From contig CM060731.1 of assembly GCA_030704615.1 (NCBI GenBank), positions 92,318,001 through 92,382,000 of the forward strand: 64,000 nt of DNA, written 5' to 3'. The notes under the pieces were generated by a model that had not been told where the DNA came from, made no database searches, and was given only the letters and a program-made list of their open reading frames with translations. The translations under genes and the position numbers were made by a program. This document shows positions 38,791-51,576 of the stretch, in pieces. This stretch comes from Takakia lepidozioides. Lineage: Eukaryota > Plantae > Bryophyta. Within the stretch, counting starts at the first letter, position 1, and every line of letters begins with the position of its first letter.

Positions 38791-39385
38791 TGGATGACCG
38801 GTTGCCTTTGGTAGTGGTCAACAAGGTAGGTCAACCACGAGCAACACTACCTACACTGCTCAGCTTCCCAGGATCGCATGCTTTCTGGGCTAGTGGACCT
38901 GGCCTCCTGTGGGATGCCCAGTTGTAGCCGTTAGTGGAGCCCAATGCCAACGAGCGTGAGCTGGCAATGGGTTTTACCACTGGTACCACGGCAGTGCCAT
39001 CTCTTTCTGAGGCATCACGTCGTCAGGTGTTGGGGCAAGCAATGGATCTCAATTGCTTGACCTGGATCATCAGCCTGAGTATGGCTGAGCAGCGCAGGTT
39101 GCGGACAACTTCTCCCACTACACTTCCATTGACAGCCTCTTTGCCTACCGAGATGGTACAGGCAGTGAGTGGGGGCGAGCAAGTGAGGACCACGGGGTGC
39201 AGGTATCCATGGCACACGTGGGAGGTGCTCGAGGTACAGAGGGAGTTGGCAGCCAAGGCGACGGTGATGGATGAGGTTGGGGATTTTTCTCGGGTTTAGG
39301 AAGTCCTCGAGGATGAGATGATGGGGCAGGATGAGGCCTTGTCACTGACAGAGCAGGCAGTGGTCACTACTCAAGAGGTTGCAGA
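38790..39385 (+). pseudogene. C-terminal fragment of a C5 cytosine DNA methyltransferase domain (motifs IX-X) plus downstream linker, likely from a retrotransposon polyprotein
   Basis: One intronless frame: PLVVVNKVGQPRATLPTLLSFPGSHAF...*PLVEPNANERELAMGFTTGTT...SEASRRQVLGQAMDLNCLTWII; the frame continues ~100 codons beyond motif X; TAG stops at 38925 and 39297. Confidence 0.72.
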
Positions 39386-42097
39386 ACCACGGGACGCGTC
39401 TCCTACCTCTAAGCCCTCAAAAGGCATCTCCGAATCATCCTCCACCTCGTTGTCAATGGCCATGTCTTCGTCTTCTTCTCCAACATCCGTATCTTCTAGA
39501 GCTTCATTATATAGGGTCCAGGATGCATTGTCTGGGGCATCATCATCCTCTTCTACCCCCTCTACCCAACCTCCATCATCAGCATCATTATGACCAGTCT
39601 CTCCATCCACGCAATTGCCTCACCCCATGGAGATCCGAGACCATGATAGATACGTCTTCCTCTTGGCTGAGCATGCACAACCACCTTCCAATTTCCCCCT
39701 CTTGTTTTGTCATCGGAGAAGAAAACTTGCTCCATGTCTGAAGGCCGTGAAAAAGACTCATCGGAGGGACGATGAGTAGGGTTGAGCCTATCTGCATTGA
39801 CGCGCATGAAACCACAATCATCTTGCACTAGTGTTGCGGAGGGCCCCACAAGATGTGGCTGGAACCACCTTCCCTTGAAGAGAAGAGGCCGGTACCTTGT
39901 ATACTGAAGTTGGAGTATGCTCTCAAGCTCTCCAATGTACTCAAGTTTGCTCATAGCAGGTCGTGTATCTCCCTTGCCCCACACGGAGTCTTGCCAATAT
40001 GTGGCACACAAGCCAGAATCAGAGGTTGTTTTGCGCTTCATGTCAAGAGCACGAATGCGGAAATGACGACCGTGAACCCAAACCGCCGTGTATGAGGTCG
40101 CAAATTGAGAGGGGCCCCTTGCATGTCTTGCACCAAATCTGAAACCACCTCTCCTTGAGCAACGACGTCATAAACTGAAGTCCAAAGCCACTGTTGGAAT
40201 GAACTTAGAGGCTGCAATTCCATGGGCAAATTTTGTTAAGGAACATTCCGGCGGCCCGCTCCTCGTCGTGGGCGTCTAGTAGCCGGCCTTGGATGGTTCC
40301 GCCTCCATGCAAGCGTCTCCTCCTCTCATTGCTAAACAAGATTATTGTATCTTGCCTCCCACTCATGTATGGATGGGGTGTTCTTCAGTATGAAGTCATG
40401 CACTTGCTCAATCACCAAGGTCGGCAATTTTACCCTCTTCGATTTTTTGGGCAAAACGATGTCCTTGGTTCGTGCATCCTCCTCTTCCTTCCACATCCGA
40501 GGGGCTTCCTCATCCACCCTTGCCATGTATTCCGTGCAATAGAACATAGCTTCTTGCAACGTATACCCCTCCGCCATGCTACCCTCCGGGTGCGCCATTT
40601 GTCTTACAAATCCTTTCAAAGTCTTCATATAACGCTCAAGGAAGTACATCCACCAAGAATGAACGGGGCCGGCAATCAAAGCCTCTTCCACTAAGTGCAC
40701 TACCAAGTGCACTTGGATGTCAAAGAAGGAGGGAGGAAGGTGCATCTCCAACATACACATTACCTCCGCCGCCTCCTTCTTCATGCGTGGAAAATCTGCT
40801 TCTTCCAACTCTTTGGAGCAAATCCACTGGAACAAGCCTCCCAATCTATAGATTGTCTCACAAACCTCGGGAGTCAATATCCCACGTACTGCAATGGGCA
40901 AGATGTCTTGCAATAGATTGTGGTAGTCATGAGACTTCAAACCATGGACCCCGTCTTCTTCGCTGAACTTCGTACGGAGGGATGACCCATAACCAGTTGG
41001 TGTTCGAACAGCACTTATGGTGGCTATCACTTTCTTGTATTCCTCCTTTGTCCATTGCCAAGGTGCGTGCCTATACTTCCACCATACAACACCCTTTGGG
41101 TCCACACCATTTTGTTCGGCCCATAGATGGCGCATGCGGCCCTACTCCTCAAGCTCCTTTCTAACACCGAGAGAATCTCCTTTTGCAGCCACTCCCTTCA
41201 TTGTCGGCAAGCCATGAAGAACCCGAAAAAGGGACGAGCAGACAAACTTCTCAATATGCATGGGATCTAGAAGATGGCGAATCTTCAGGTCCTACATATA
41301 TCCCCACCCACAAAGACTTACACAAAAAAAAATTATGTGAAAGTGACAATGCAACGCATACCAAATGTGCAATATCACATACATGCATAGGGATATTGAC
41401 GGTGTTTTTGTGGAATATATACCGCCCAATATGGCAACTCGTAGAAGATTGAGAGTCGTTTCATGCCGGGCACGTCCACTTCACCGTTCGTGCCCGCATG
41501 GGCCTCCTTCCATCGGTCCTCTCAAAACTGCCCAGACAGTGTCATAGGGGGGGGACGTACTTCCTCTTTGCCATCAAACAAGTGTTTCTCTCTTCTTCTC
41601 CATCGATGGCTCATAGGAAGAAATTTGCGGTAGTTGGGATACACCATCTTGTGAAGATGGCGGGAGCTATATGCATCAAGATCATCGCCACAATGCAAGC
41701 ATGCATGGTACCATTTGGTGCTTAGCCCCGAGCAAACAGTTAGTCATGTACTATACATCCCGCCACATTAGCAAAAACAAAAAGTTGTCATGTGCATGGC
41801 CCATAATGCCATCTACCCCACTACGGTGCAAAAGACTGTCGCCGCTACTTCAATCAATCCCAATCCTCATCGATATTATCCGGCATTGACAAGTGAATGT
41901 ACGCAGGTTGTTCATGGGAAACATAATATACCTGGATAATCATGCATTGTCCAAAGCAGAGATGCCTCTCATCTGAAAAGATTGTCCGGCCATAGGGTCA
42001 AGTGAAGCATCCAATGCCATGACCCCCCTCCATAGCTCCTTAAGTTCATCAACAAGAGGTCGCAAGTACGTGTCCATGTTTGCCACTTGTTTTTTCC
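39385..42097 (-). mobile_element. CACTA (En/Spm) transposase gene remnant: Transposase_21 + DUF4218 + DUF4216, spliced
   Basis: MDTYLRPLVDELKELW, WTMHDYP, YHACLHC...YRKFLPMSHRWR, SIFYELPYW/IRHLLDPMHIEK, GLKSHDYHNLLQ, PPSFFDIQVHLVVHL...WMYFLERYMKTLK...PEGSMAEGY, YIGELESIL...LFKGRWF...QVFF, then an acidic tail. No CACTA termini seen. Confidence 0.93.
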
Positions 42098-42910
42098 CTA
42101 TGAGACATTCACATCATTGTTTCAATGCTCCACCAATATGCAAATTATACTAGTACAGTTGCCCCAAGATATGCATCAAGTAAGGCATTTTGGCATGGAA
42201 GAAAGGCCTGCCTTGTCACAACATCCAGATGTGGACATACATACAATTTGAGTGCCCAAGATCAAGCCCACTTGGCCAAGATAAATCATACAATGGAGGT
42301 AGCTGTTCAGATGGCAAAATCAGGTAACTAATCACTGGCCAGAGTCCTGTAGAGCTTACCATCACTGTTTCCCATGAGGCTAATGCTATGTTTTGCAAAT
42401 AGAACCTCACTATGCTCCATTCCACATCAAATCCAAGTCTGAAAACGGCCTGTCATTGCCTTATCAGGTTGTCTTCTTTTTTTTTTAAAAACCAGACCTC
42501 CTCTTGCTTAGAGCCTAACAGCCGCTGATGCCTTTGCCCTTACACCGTCAATCCTCTTTTAAGGCCAAAAATGTACCTAGTCTAAAAATCCACAGGCAAA
42601 GTTGTCAAAGATTCAAGACAGGGTAAGATTCACATGTTGTGCTGCAAGAGACAGGGCTGCCAGGCCGAAATGCTCCATCAACGGCAGCAAACATAAGTCA
42701 AAAGCAAGCATCATCATGTCAAACCGGGAGCAGGCAGGCCGAAATCGGGGCTGCAGGCAGCAGCAGTATGTTCCTTTTGCTCACATCCTTATCTGCAAAG
42801 CTCAAGAGAATTCAAAGCACGTAGGGATCCTCACCTGGTCCCATCACAAGCCCCCACAAAAACCAATGGGTCAGTGAGGATTGTGGAACCCCAGGTGAAT
42901 CATAGACCCC

Positions 42911-43869
42911 TGTTAGAGGACTGTCTGGGACTTAGACACTTATACGGGATCTGTAGGGTACCCTTAATTTTTGCACAGACTGAGACCAAGAGCCTTAGGG
43001 GTGACAGCAGCGCACTTTAGAATGGGGTTACACAGCCCGTCACAGCTTCACACAGCCCGACACAGCCCATCACAACCAACACAGCCCGTCATAGCCGACA
43101 CAGCCACACAGCCAGTAATAGCCCGACACAGCCAAACACAGTCGCACAGCCAGTCACAGCCCGACACAGCCGGTCACAACCCGTCACAGTTTCACACAGC
43201 CAGTCACAGCTTGACACAGCTGTCACGACCATAGGGAAAGGATAGCAGGACAGGGAACGACTGTGGGGAACAACACCTGCGAAGGGAACATGTTAGTTCA
43301 CGGACGACGGTTAGTGAGGGAAGCGGTTAAGAACAACGGGTAGGAAGATAAAAGGAGGAGCAAGGACTGAAGGAGGACACTTCACGGGGAGACTACTTGG
43401 TCATGCATGAGAGGGGATCGGGCGGAGAGCAAGAACGGAAACAAAGATGGAGAGCACGGTGAAGGAGGAGAGATGATTAGTAGATGCTTGTTATATGCAA
43501 AGCTGTAGTGATATTGTAGAGCAGATTAGAGACACAATGGCTTCGGCCTGATACCTGATAAATCATAATCTGATACTTATACGATACAATCACACTGTGT
43601 AGAGAGATCTGAGTGAAGCTGTGGAATGAATGATGAGTTGATGGAATCCGATAGATTGATGAAGCAAACTGATACTTAAATTATCACAAGTAAGGTAGCT
43701 AACATGAATGCGGAAAGGAAAACAAATAGGAAACACCCCCATGATACACTAGTTGTAGGTCATGACTGATTGTTCTGAGCGGGCTGAGTACTTAGAGATT
43801 TCCAACTCTTCTATCTTGGAGTTTCCGCCTCGGATAGCGAAGGGATGGGTGAGTAAAAGCCGCGCGACA
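42911..43869 (+). repeat. 5' LTR of Gypsy copy 1 (959 bp) containing a ~10-bp cacagcc minisatellite (~43030-43230)
   Basis: tgttagagg...gccgcgcgaca; direct repeat of 55816-56721. Confidence 0.95.
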
Positions 43870-44457
43870 TTTGGCGACCATACTGGGGAACTGAGTCATG
43901 AACAACCAGATGTGACAGGCATCTGGTGGGATCATGGTGGTTGGACCATTAAAGAATTTGAAGTGAATCAAATTCCCTATGGAACGAAGGAAGAAAGATT
44001 GTCCAAACAATTCTTTCAAAGGTTCTTGGAATTGCCAGACGGTTGTAAAGAAAATATTCTTAAGCGAGTGCATGATGCTGATCCGGAATGGGGTCTGGAG
44101 AAAGGAGTGATAAAGATTTATCAGGTAGCCTGTAGAGGAAGAGCACGTTGGTTACCAACGTTGGTTTATGTGATAGCATTGCTATCCATTAAGCGAGTAG
44201 AGTTTGAAGGCTGGGAAGAAAGAAAGGTGAATGTTTATACTCATATGCATGAAGAGCTTGTACTGGTAAAGAATTGGATTCCAAAGGATATTTTGTGGAT
44301 CAAACTCACACCAAGAACAGCTTTTCAGACTTGTTTGCCATATGGTTATATGGTAACGGAGACTTCAAGTATAACCAAGGGTGCATTGAAGCTTGAAAGA
44401 AACCCAGGCATATACGAGAGATATTACAGAAGAGAGTTTTGGTTATTGCCACATTAA
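43762..44457 (+). CDS. ORF0: 231-aa Trp-rich protein of unknown function upstream of gag, starting inside the LTR
   Basis: Intact ORF; homologue at 59498-60178; the five differences in the last 20 codons are all synonymous. Confidence 0.75.
   Translation: MTDCSERAEYLEISNSSILEFPPRIAKGWVSKSRATFGDHTGELSHEQPDVTGIWWDHGGWTIKEFEVNQIPYGTKEERLSKQFFQRFLELPDGCKENILKRVHDADPEWGLEKGVIKIYQVACRGRARWLPTLVYVIALLSIKRVEFEGWEERKVNVYTHMHEELVLVKNWIPKDILWIKLTPRTAFQTCLPYGYMVTETSSITKGALKLERNPGIYERYYRREFWLLPH
43872..43889 (+). promoter_or_regulatory. Primer-binding site tggcgaccatactgggga
   Basis: Starts with TGG 2 nt after the LTR end; identical in copy 2 (59607-59624); resembles tRNA-Arg-type PBS of Tat/Ogre elements (tRNA identity inferred). 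Confidence 0.85.
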
Positions 44458-44479
44458 AAAGAAATGAAAGACATGGGAC

Positions 44480-47400
44480 ATGAGTGATGAAAGAGAAGAT
44501 AGACGCCAGAGATATTCAGTAAAAAGAGAAAGCTATCTGAAAGCTAATTATCCATATCTTTGGGAGAGAGGAATAGACATAGGGGAATCATCTGGACCTC
44601 TCACACCATTAAGATCAAAGAGTACATCACCCATACCAGAAGAACTAGAGTTGGATACCACTCCTTCTGTTTCTTTGCAAGAAAGATTAAGGGAATTGGT
44701 ACGAGAAGAAGATCAATCACGAGGTGAAAGATCTGAGGTACATCCCTGGATAAAAGATTTGACAGAAATCTTTGATAAGAGTTGGCATGGAACACCAAAA
44801 GCAGGAACTCCAGTTTCTGAAGCGGAAGGTGAAGAAGGAGGAGAGGATGTGGCAGAGCCAACGGAGAGTTCAGACTCTCCAACACCATTGCAGTTGAGTT
44901 ACATGAGTGAAGAAGAAACCCAAGGACAGAACTTGGAGGATGAAAACAGGGAGAAGAAATTGGAAGAGTATGAAAAAATAGACCCAACAGCTGAGGTTGA
45001 GACTACAACCAGGACATCCCAACCCGTTGGACCTGGATCAAGTGGAGCACTTGGATCACAGGCCAACGAAGGTGTCGGCTCAGGGGGATCAGGCGGGTGG
45101 CCTGGATCTGGCTCTGGGGGGACAGGGAGTGTGGGAAGTAGTGCAACTGAAGCTGGGAATACTATGAATATCGTGGGGCCAGTAGCAGGGAGTGCTCAAG
45201 GGCCACCACTTGGTGAAAAATCCACCACAAAAACAACAGGTCCTGAAGGACCAGCACCAGCAAGGGTGCCAGCACCTGTCAGTGGGCAGAAGGTAGGGCC
45301 ACAGATGGCGTTACAACCAACACGGGCAAAACCACCCTTTCCAATATATTCAGGGAAAGGGGATCCCGATGTACACATTAGCCAATTTGAGCACATGTGT
45401 ATAGTGAACAATGAAAATGGCGATGATGCCAAGATGAGATTGTTTCCTCGATCACTTATCCAGAAAACAAGTGAATGGTATGCAAGATTCCCTGATAATC
45501 ATTTCCTAACCTGGAATGGCTTGAATACAGCATTTCGAAATAGGTTTAGGACAAGTAAAACTGAGGATGAAGTGTATGGAAGTTTACAATAGTTAAAGCA
45601 AAAGAAGCATGAAACTGTTGAGGAGTATATGGAAAAGATGGAATTGATGATGAAAAAGTTGGCTGCAGTACCAGCACCCGGTTTACAGAAGATTTGGTTT
45701 GTGAGTGGACTAAGACCAGAGTTGCAAAAGAAAGTGGATATGTTACCCCATAATACAGTGGAGGAGGCATTTGAAACTGCAAACAGAATTGAGCAATTGG
45801 GAATGCTCAGGAGAGAGAAAAGGGATGATGAGGACTCTGAGGATGAGTCAGATGAAGAAGAAGAGCAAGAACTAAAAAGGAAGAGTAAGAGAAAGGAGAA
45901 GTTGAAGAGGGATAACTATGAAAAAAGATTGGAAGAAATCCTGAAGAAGTATGCCACAGAGGCTGCAACACATTGGAGGAAGGGTGTTTGGTGTGCAAAG
46001 TGCCAGAATGAAGGCCATACCACCGCAGAATGCCACATGAAGGAGAAACATTGTACTATCTGTAAAATGGATAACCATTCTACTGAGAATTGTTACTACA
46101 ACAGAAGGACAGCTGTAAGAGAACCTAGGCAAGTAAGGGTGCATCAGGTGCAACCCCAGCCAAGAAGAAACAATGATCAGGACCGCTATGGTAGGTCTGG
46201 TGGTTATAACAATGGCATGGAAGGGAGAGGTAATTCAAGAGGGAATTACCAAGGAAATTCCAGAGGCAACTATCAGGGTAATCCAAGGGGGAATTACCAG
46301 CCCGAGAATCAGGATTACAGAAATAATCCAAGAACAGACCAAGGGCGAGGACCCAATGGTGAAGAACTATGTTACTATTGTAATCAGCCAGGACATCGCA
46401 GGGCAGCCTGTTCATTCTGGATAAGACACCAGAATGAGATGAGAGCTCCTGTGAATGAGGGCCTAGTGGTGGCAGCTCACATGGTTAGGCCATGTGTTGT
46501 ACCAGAAGTAAGTACAATGATAGTAACCAGAAGCAAAGCCAAACTAATACCTCCACTAGCTGAGGAAGATGATGATAATGAAGATGGCAGTGATATGCCT
46601 GAAGATGAAGAGACTTGGAAAGATGAGAAGGAACTGCACAAGGAAGTGGCAGATACCATAAGGGAAATGCAAAAGAGTACTGATATTCCTGTGGCAGATT
46701 CCTCTGATTCTGATGGAGAAGAAGAAGGGAGTGAGGATGAAAGAAAGAAAGAAGATGCAGGCATGCAAAGTAATGAAGAGACTTTGGCTGAAGTAATATG
46801 CCAGACCAAAGCAGAGATTACCATTGGACAGCTATTGGCTGTGGCACCTTATTGTAGGCACAGGCTGTATCAAGCAATCAATTGAATTGCCCAAGAGACA
46901 GGAAACACAGACCTGAACAGCAAGGTGACCAGTTATAATGTGAAGTCGGAAGGGCGAGAAACAGTCATGGACTTTGATGATTCTATGCCAGTAATCCAAT
47001 TGAGAATTGGAAGCACAGAACTAACTGATGTACAGATAGATGGAGGTTTTGGAGTAAATATCATGACAGACCAATTAAGGAAGAAGCTTGGTCTAAGTAA
47101 CATGAAACCAGCCCCATTTACAGTAACAATGGCAGATCAAAGAAGTGTACAGCCATTGGGATTAATAAGAGGAGTTAAGATACAGATACAGAAGATGATC
47201 TTTATGATCACAGTAACTGTGTTGAAGATGGATGAAGTCATGGAGGCTTACTCCTTATTATTGGGACGTCCGTGGCTGAAACAGGCCAGGGTATTCCATG
47301 ACTGGAATTCTCAGTTACTAACCATGCATAATGGGATACACGAGATACAAATTACCACAAAGAAATCTAGTAGATTACCTGCTACGAGAAGACCTCGAGG

Positions 47401-50400
47401 AGTCAGAGAGTATGACTGGAAAGGAGGACTGGATGAGGAGCAGGAAGCTACCCTATTTGCTGCACACCCAGAGTGGGAGCAGGTTGCAGAGATGCGGCTG
47501 GAAAGCCTAAGTTGTTTAAGAGGTATCTGTTGTGGTGTAGTGACAGCAACACCAACTGAAGAGGAAACCAGCAGTTACCCATCACATTTCTATGAAGAAA
47601 GAGAAGGAGAAATGGAAATCCTAGAGGAACCAGCCACTGTGAGCTTACAGGATGAAGTGGTGACTGGTTGGACAATCACAGCTGATGAGCAGGTGAGGGA
47701 AGTGAATGTGGGAACTAAAGAGGAACCGAGGATGGTGAAAGTAGGAGCTGATTTGGAGCCGGAATTCTTTGAAGAAGCTAAAAGCTTGTTCATCAAATAC
47801 AGAGATGTATTTGCTTGGAGCTATGAAGATCTAAAAGGGATACCACCTGAAGTCTGTCAGCATAAGATTGAACTGGAACCAGGGTCAGTACCAATCAAGC
47901 AGGCGAGGTATAGAATGAATCCCAACTACGCACAGAAGGTTGGAGAAGAGATAAAGAAGTTGGCTGAGGCTAAGTTTATATACCCAATAGAGTATACAAC
48001 TTGGTTGTCACCCATTGTTATAGTTCCCAAGAAGAATGGTAAACTAAGAGTATGTGTGAACTACAAGAAGCTGAATGCTTGTACGAAGAAAGATCCTTTC
48101 CCTTTGCCATTCACGGAAGTAGTATTGGACACTGTGGCAGGCCATGAGATGTACTCATTCATGGATGGGTTCAGTGGTTATAATCAAGTGCAAGTGGCAG
48201 AAGAAGATCAAGGAAAGACAGCTTTCATCACAGACTGGGGTGCTTATGCATACAAAGTCATGCCCTTTGGACTTTGTAATGCACCAGCAACCTTTCAGAG
48301 AGTAATAAGTGAATCTTTTCATGAGTATCTGGATGATTTCATGCAGGTGTTCTTGGATGATTTCAGTGTGTACAGCTCTAAGAATGAGCACTTGCATAAA
48401 TTGGAGTTATGTCTGACCAGATGTAGGATGAGAGGTCTGGGCTTGAATCCAGAGAAGTGTACTTTCTGTGTGAATTCAGGGGTGCTTCTGGGACACATTG
48501 TGTGTAAGAAGGGACTTCTTGTGGATCCCAGGAAGACAGAGTCAATTAAAGCCTCTCCACCACCAGTGAATGTTAAGAGTTTAAGGAGATTCCTTGGGCA
48601 AACCAGTTATTACAGAAGATTTGTCAAAAGGTATGCACAAATAGCAGCACCATTGAGCAAGCTTCTGAAGAAAGATGCAGTGTTTGCCTGGACAGCTGAA
48701 TGTCAACAGGCGTTTGAGGAACTTACACTGTCAGTAACAACTACACCTGTGCTGATTAACCCTCACTGGCATGTAGTATTTCATGTTCACTGCGATGCAT
48801 CAGGAGAAGCTGGGAGCGGTGTTAGCCCAGAATGTTACAGGAAATATAGATTCACCTGTGTACTATGCTAGCAGATTGATGAACAGTGCTGAATGGAACT
48901 ATAGCACAACTGAAAGAGAAGCACTGGCAATGATTTATGCAGTCAAGAAATTCAGGCATTACCTATTGGGAAGAAAGTTTATGTTTTATGTGGATCACCA
49001 GGCTCTGATATATCTGGTGAACAAACCTTTGATAAGTGGAAGGATAGCGAGGTGGTTAATAATCTTGCATGAGTTTGAGTTCGAGGTTATTTACAAGCCT
49101 GGCCGTTTGCATCTTGTAGCAGATCATTTGTCACGACTAACAACAGGAGAGGCCGCCACATGAGTGGACGATCAGTTACCTGATGCGAGTTTATTTATAA
49201 TGGAGGTGCAAGGAAGTGCAAGGAAGTGCAGATGAATGGTTAGATTGGCAGTGGCCAATCAGATACTACCTTACTCGAGGTCAATGCCCACCTAGTTATG
49301 GTAAGGAGCAGAGGAAGAGAATCGCTATCAAAGCTTTACCTTATACTATGGTAGGAAGCAGAATGTATAAGCTAGGACCTGATGGAGTACTAAAACGATG
49401 CTTGTACCACCATGAAGTAAATAAAGTTTTGGAGGAAGTTCATAAAGGAGTGGCTGGAGGTCATTTTGGAGAAGAGACTACCAGTAGGAAGATACTACTC
49501 GCAGGTTACTGGTGGCCTACTTTGTTCAAAGATGTACACGGGTATTGTCAGAGTTGTGATGAATGTCAGAGGCTAGGACCTTTGCAGAGATCTTGAAGGA
49601 TGGCCTTGCATCCTACAATGCCTACGGAACCATTTCAGAAATGGGGACTAGACTTTGTTGGACCGATTAACCCACCAGCCAAGAATACACGGAACAGGTA
49701 CATAATTACAGCCACTGATTATACTACGAAGTGGGTGGAAGCTAAAGCTTTGAGGGACAACACAGCCAAGTCCACAGCAAGGTTCCTGTATGAGAACATA
49801 CTTACACGATTTGGCTGTCCCTTGGAATTTATAGCTGATCAGGGAAGTCACTTCATTAATGAGACCATTGAATTATTGACTAAAGAGTTCATGATTGTGC
49901 ATAAGAAGAGTACAACATATTACCCACAGGGTAATGGGCAGGCAAAGGCTACCAACAAAATACTATGTACTATCTTGACTAAGATAGTCAATGCAAACAG
50001 AACGGATTGGGATACAAAGCTGCTGACAGCTTTGTGGTCATACAGGACTTGATATAAAGTCACCACTAAGTATACACCATTCCAATTAGTTTATGGTATG
50101 GAAGCCTTACTTCCAGTGGAATTCCTATTACCTACCATGAGAACGGAGTGGGGAAAGAGAATGGAATTGCAAGATTCCATTAAGGTCAGGAAACATGAAT
50201 TATACCATGTGGAAGAAGTACGTGCTGATGCGGCTGATAATATGACCAGAATTCAGATGAAGAGGAAGGAACAGTTTGACGAAAACAAGTTAAAAATTTT
50301 TAAGACGGGAGATTTGGTTCTATGGTTGCAGAAGAAGGGAAAAATTAAAGCTTCTAAGCTTAAATCACCATGGAAAGGACCTTATGTCATACAAAAGATG

Positions 50401-51231
50401 TATGATAACAACACCGCCATGTTACAAACCATTAACAAAGAAATGCTGGGAAGAGTCAATGCCAATAAGTTAAAGGGATACAGTGGTATCCATGACAAAC
50501 CATTGCAACATGATTTACATGTTGAAATGCAAGAGCAGTCACGGGCTGCGCCAGTGTTACCAATGGAGTATGGAGCACTTGTCGCTAGGCCAAGCATATA
50601 TGACCAGGGCGGGCAGAACAAGCGTGACACAGCCTATCACAGCCCATCAAGGCGAAACACAGCCTATCACAGTCCATCACAACGTGACACAGCCTATCAC
50701 AGCCCATCAAGGCAAAACACAGCCTATCATAGTCCATCACAACGTGACACAGCCTATCACAGCCCAGCACGGCGCAACACAGCCTATCACAACCTACCAC
50801 CGCGTGTCACAGCCTATCACAGCGTACCACAGTATGACACAGCCTGTCACAGCTCAACACAGCCTACTAGGGTTACACGATCCATAGAATCAGTGACAGG
50901 TGGACGCCCAATAACTTTAGGAAAATGGCCGACGGAAGAAAGGACGGAAACTAGTTTAAAAATAGACACGTGGAAGTCAGGGCGCGACACACAGCTGAGA
51001 AGGAAGTGCAAGAACAGGTGTCATCAAGAAAGAGGACAAAGATGGCCGTCAAAGTACCTACTTAGTGCATCAATTCGGATGAATGGCGGGCCCATTAATG
51101 AATACGGAAAAAGGGGAACGGAACAAACAATAAGTACAGAAAAACGAAATTCTTCTCACATGTGTGATCCTAGTGGACTATCCAGTAGGGAAAGTCCACT
51201 AAAGAAAATGAAATCTAAAATCCAGTCATAG
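44480..51231 (+). pseudogene. gag-pol polyprotein of copy 1 (Gag with 3 CCHC knuckles, protease, RT, RNase H, integrase), disrupted
   Basis: CAKCQNEGHTTAEC, CTICKMDNHSTENC, CYYCNQPGHRRAAC; IDGG.GVN; DGFSGYNQ, MPFGLCNAPATFQ, FLDD; HCDAS, YSTTEREAL, VADHLSR; GGHFG...[18 protein letters not shown]. Stops at ~45590, 46883, 49161, 49594 and 50050; frameshifts at ~48810 and ~49205. Confidence 0.95.
50625..50870 (+). repeat. Minisatellite (10-bp subunit, 30-bp higher-order unit) in frame with the integrase tail (TAYHSPSxRx repeats)
   Basis: About 8 copies of acacagcctatcacagcccatcaaggcgaa-like units. Confidence 0.9.
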
Positions 51232-51576
51232 CAGTTACGGCCAATAGAAAGCCAGAGAAAGGATCAAGAAATTGGAGGGAAATTAAGCGCAAGAGGCGGC
51301 GTCGTTCTGAGTAACGGGCGTCTCGACGGGACAAACCATCAATGCTATAGCTTTGAAGCTATGGAGGAACTAACAGACTATACGCTCGCAATATTACTTA
51401 TGCAGTGGTATAGGGACAAAACAACAGAGCGGATCTTTTCTCTTGAGCGATGCTTGCAAGCCCCGCAGGCTTACAAGAAATTACCCATAGCTTTTTGTGG
51501 CAACCATACGTTTATGCTTTGTGCACTACAGGCATTTCTTCAATTGTTACAACCAAAATAGTTCTGTGGGTCTAGA

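Noticed and set aside
45590-46885. Programmed stop read-through between gag segments and pol
   Set aside because: Copy 2 has sense codons (CAG) at both positions and a continuous gag-protease frame, so these are mutations.
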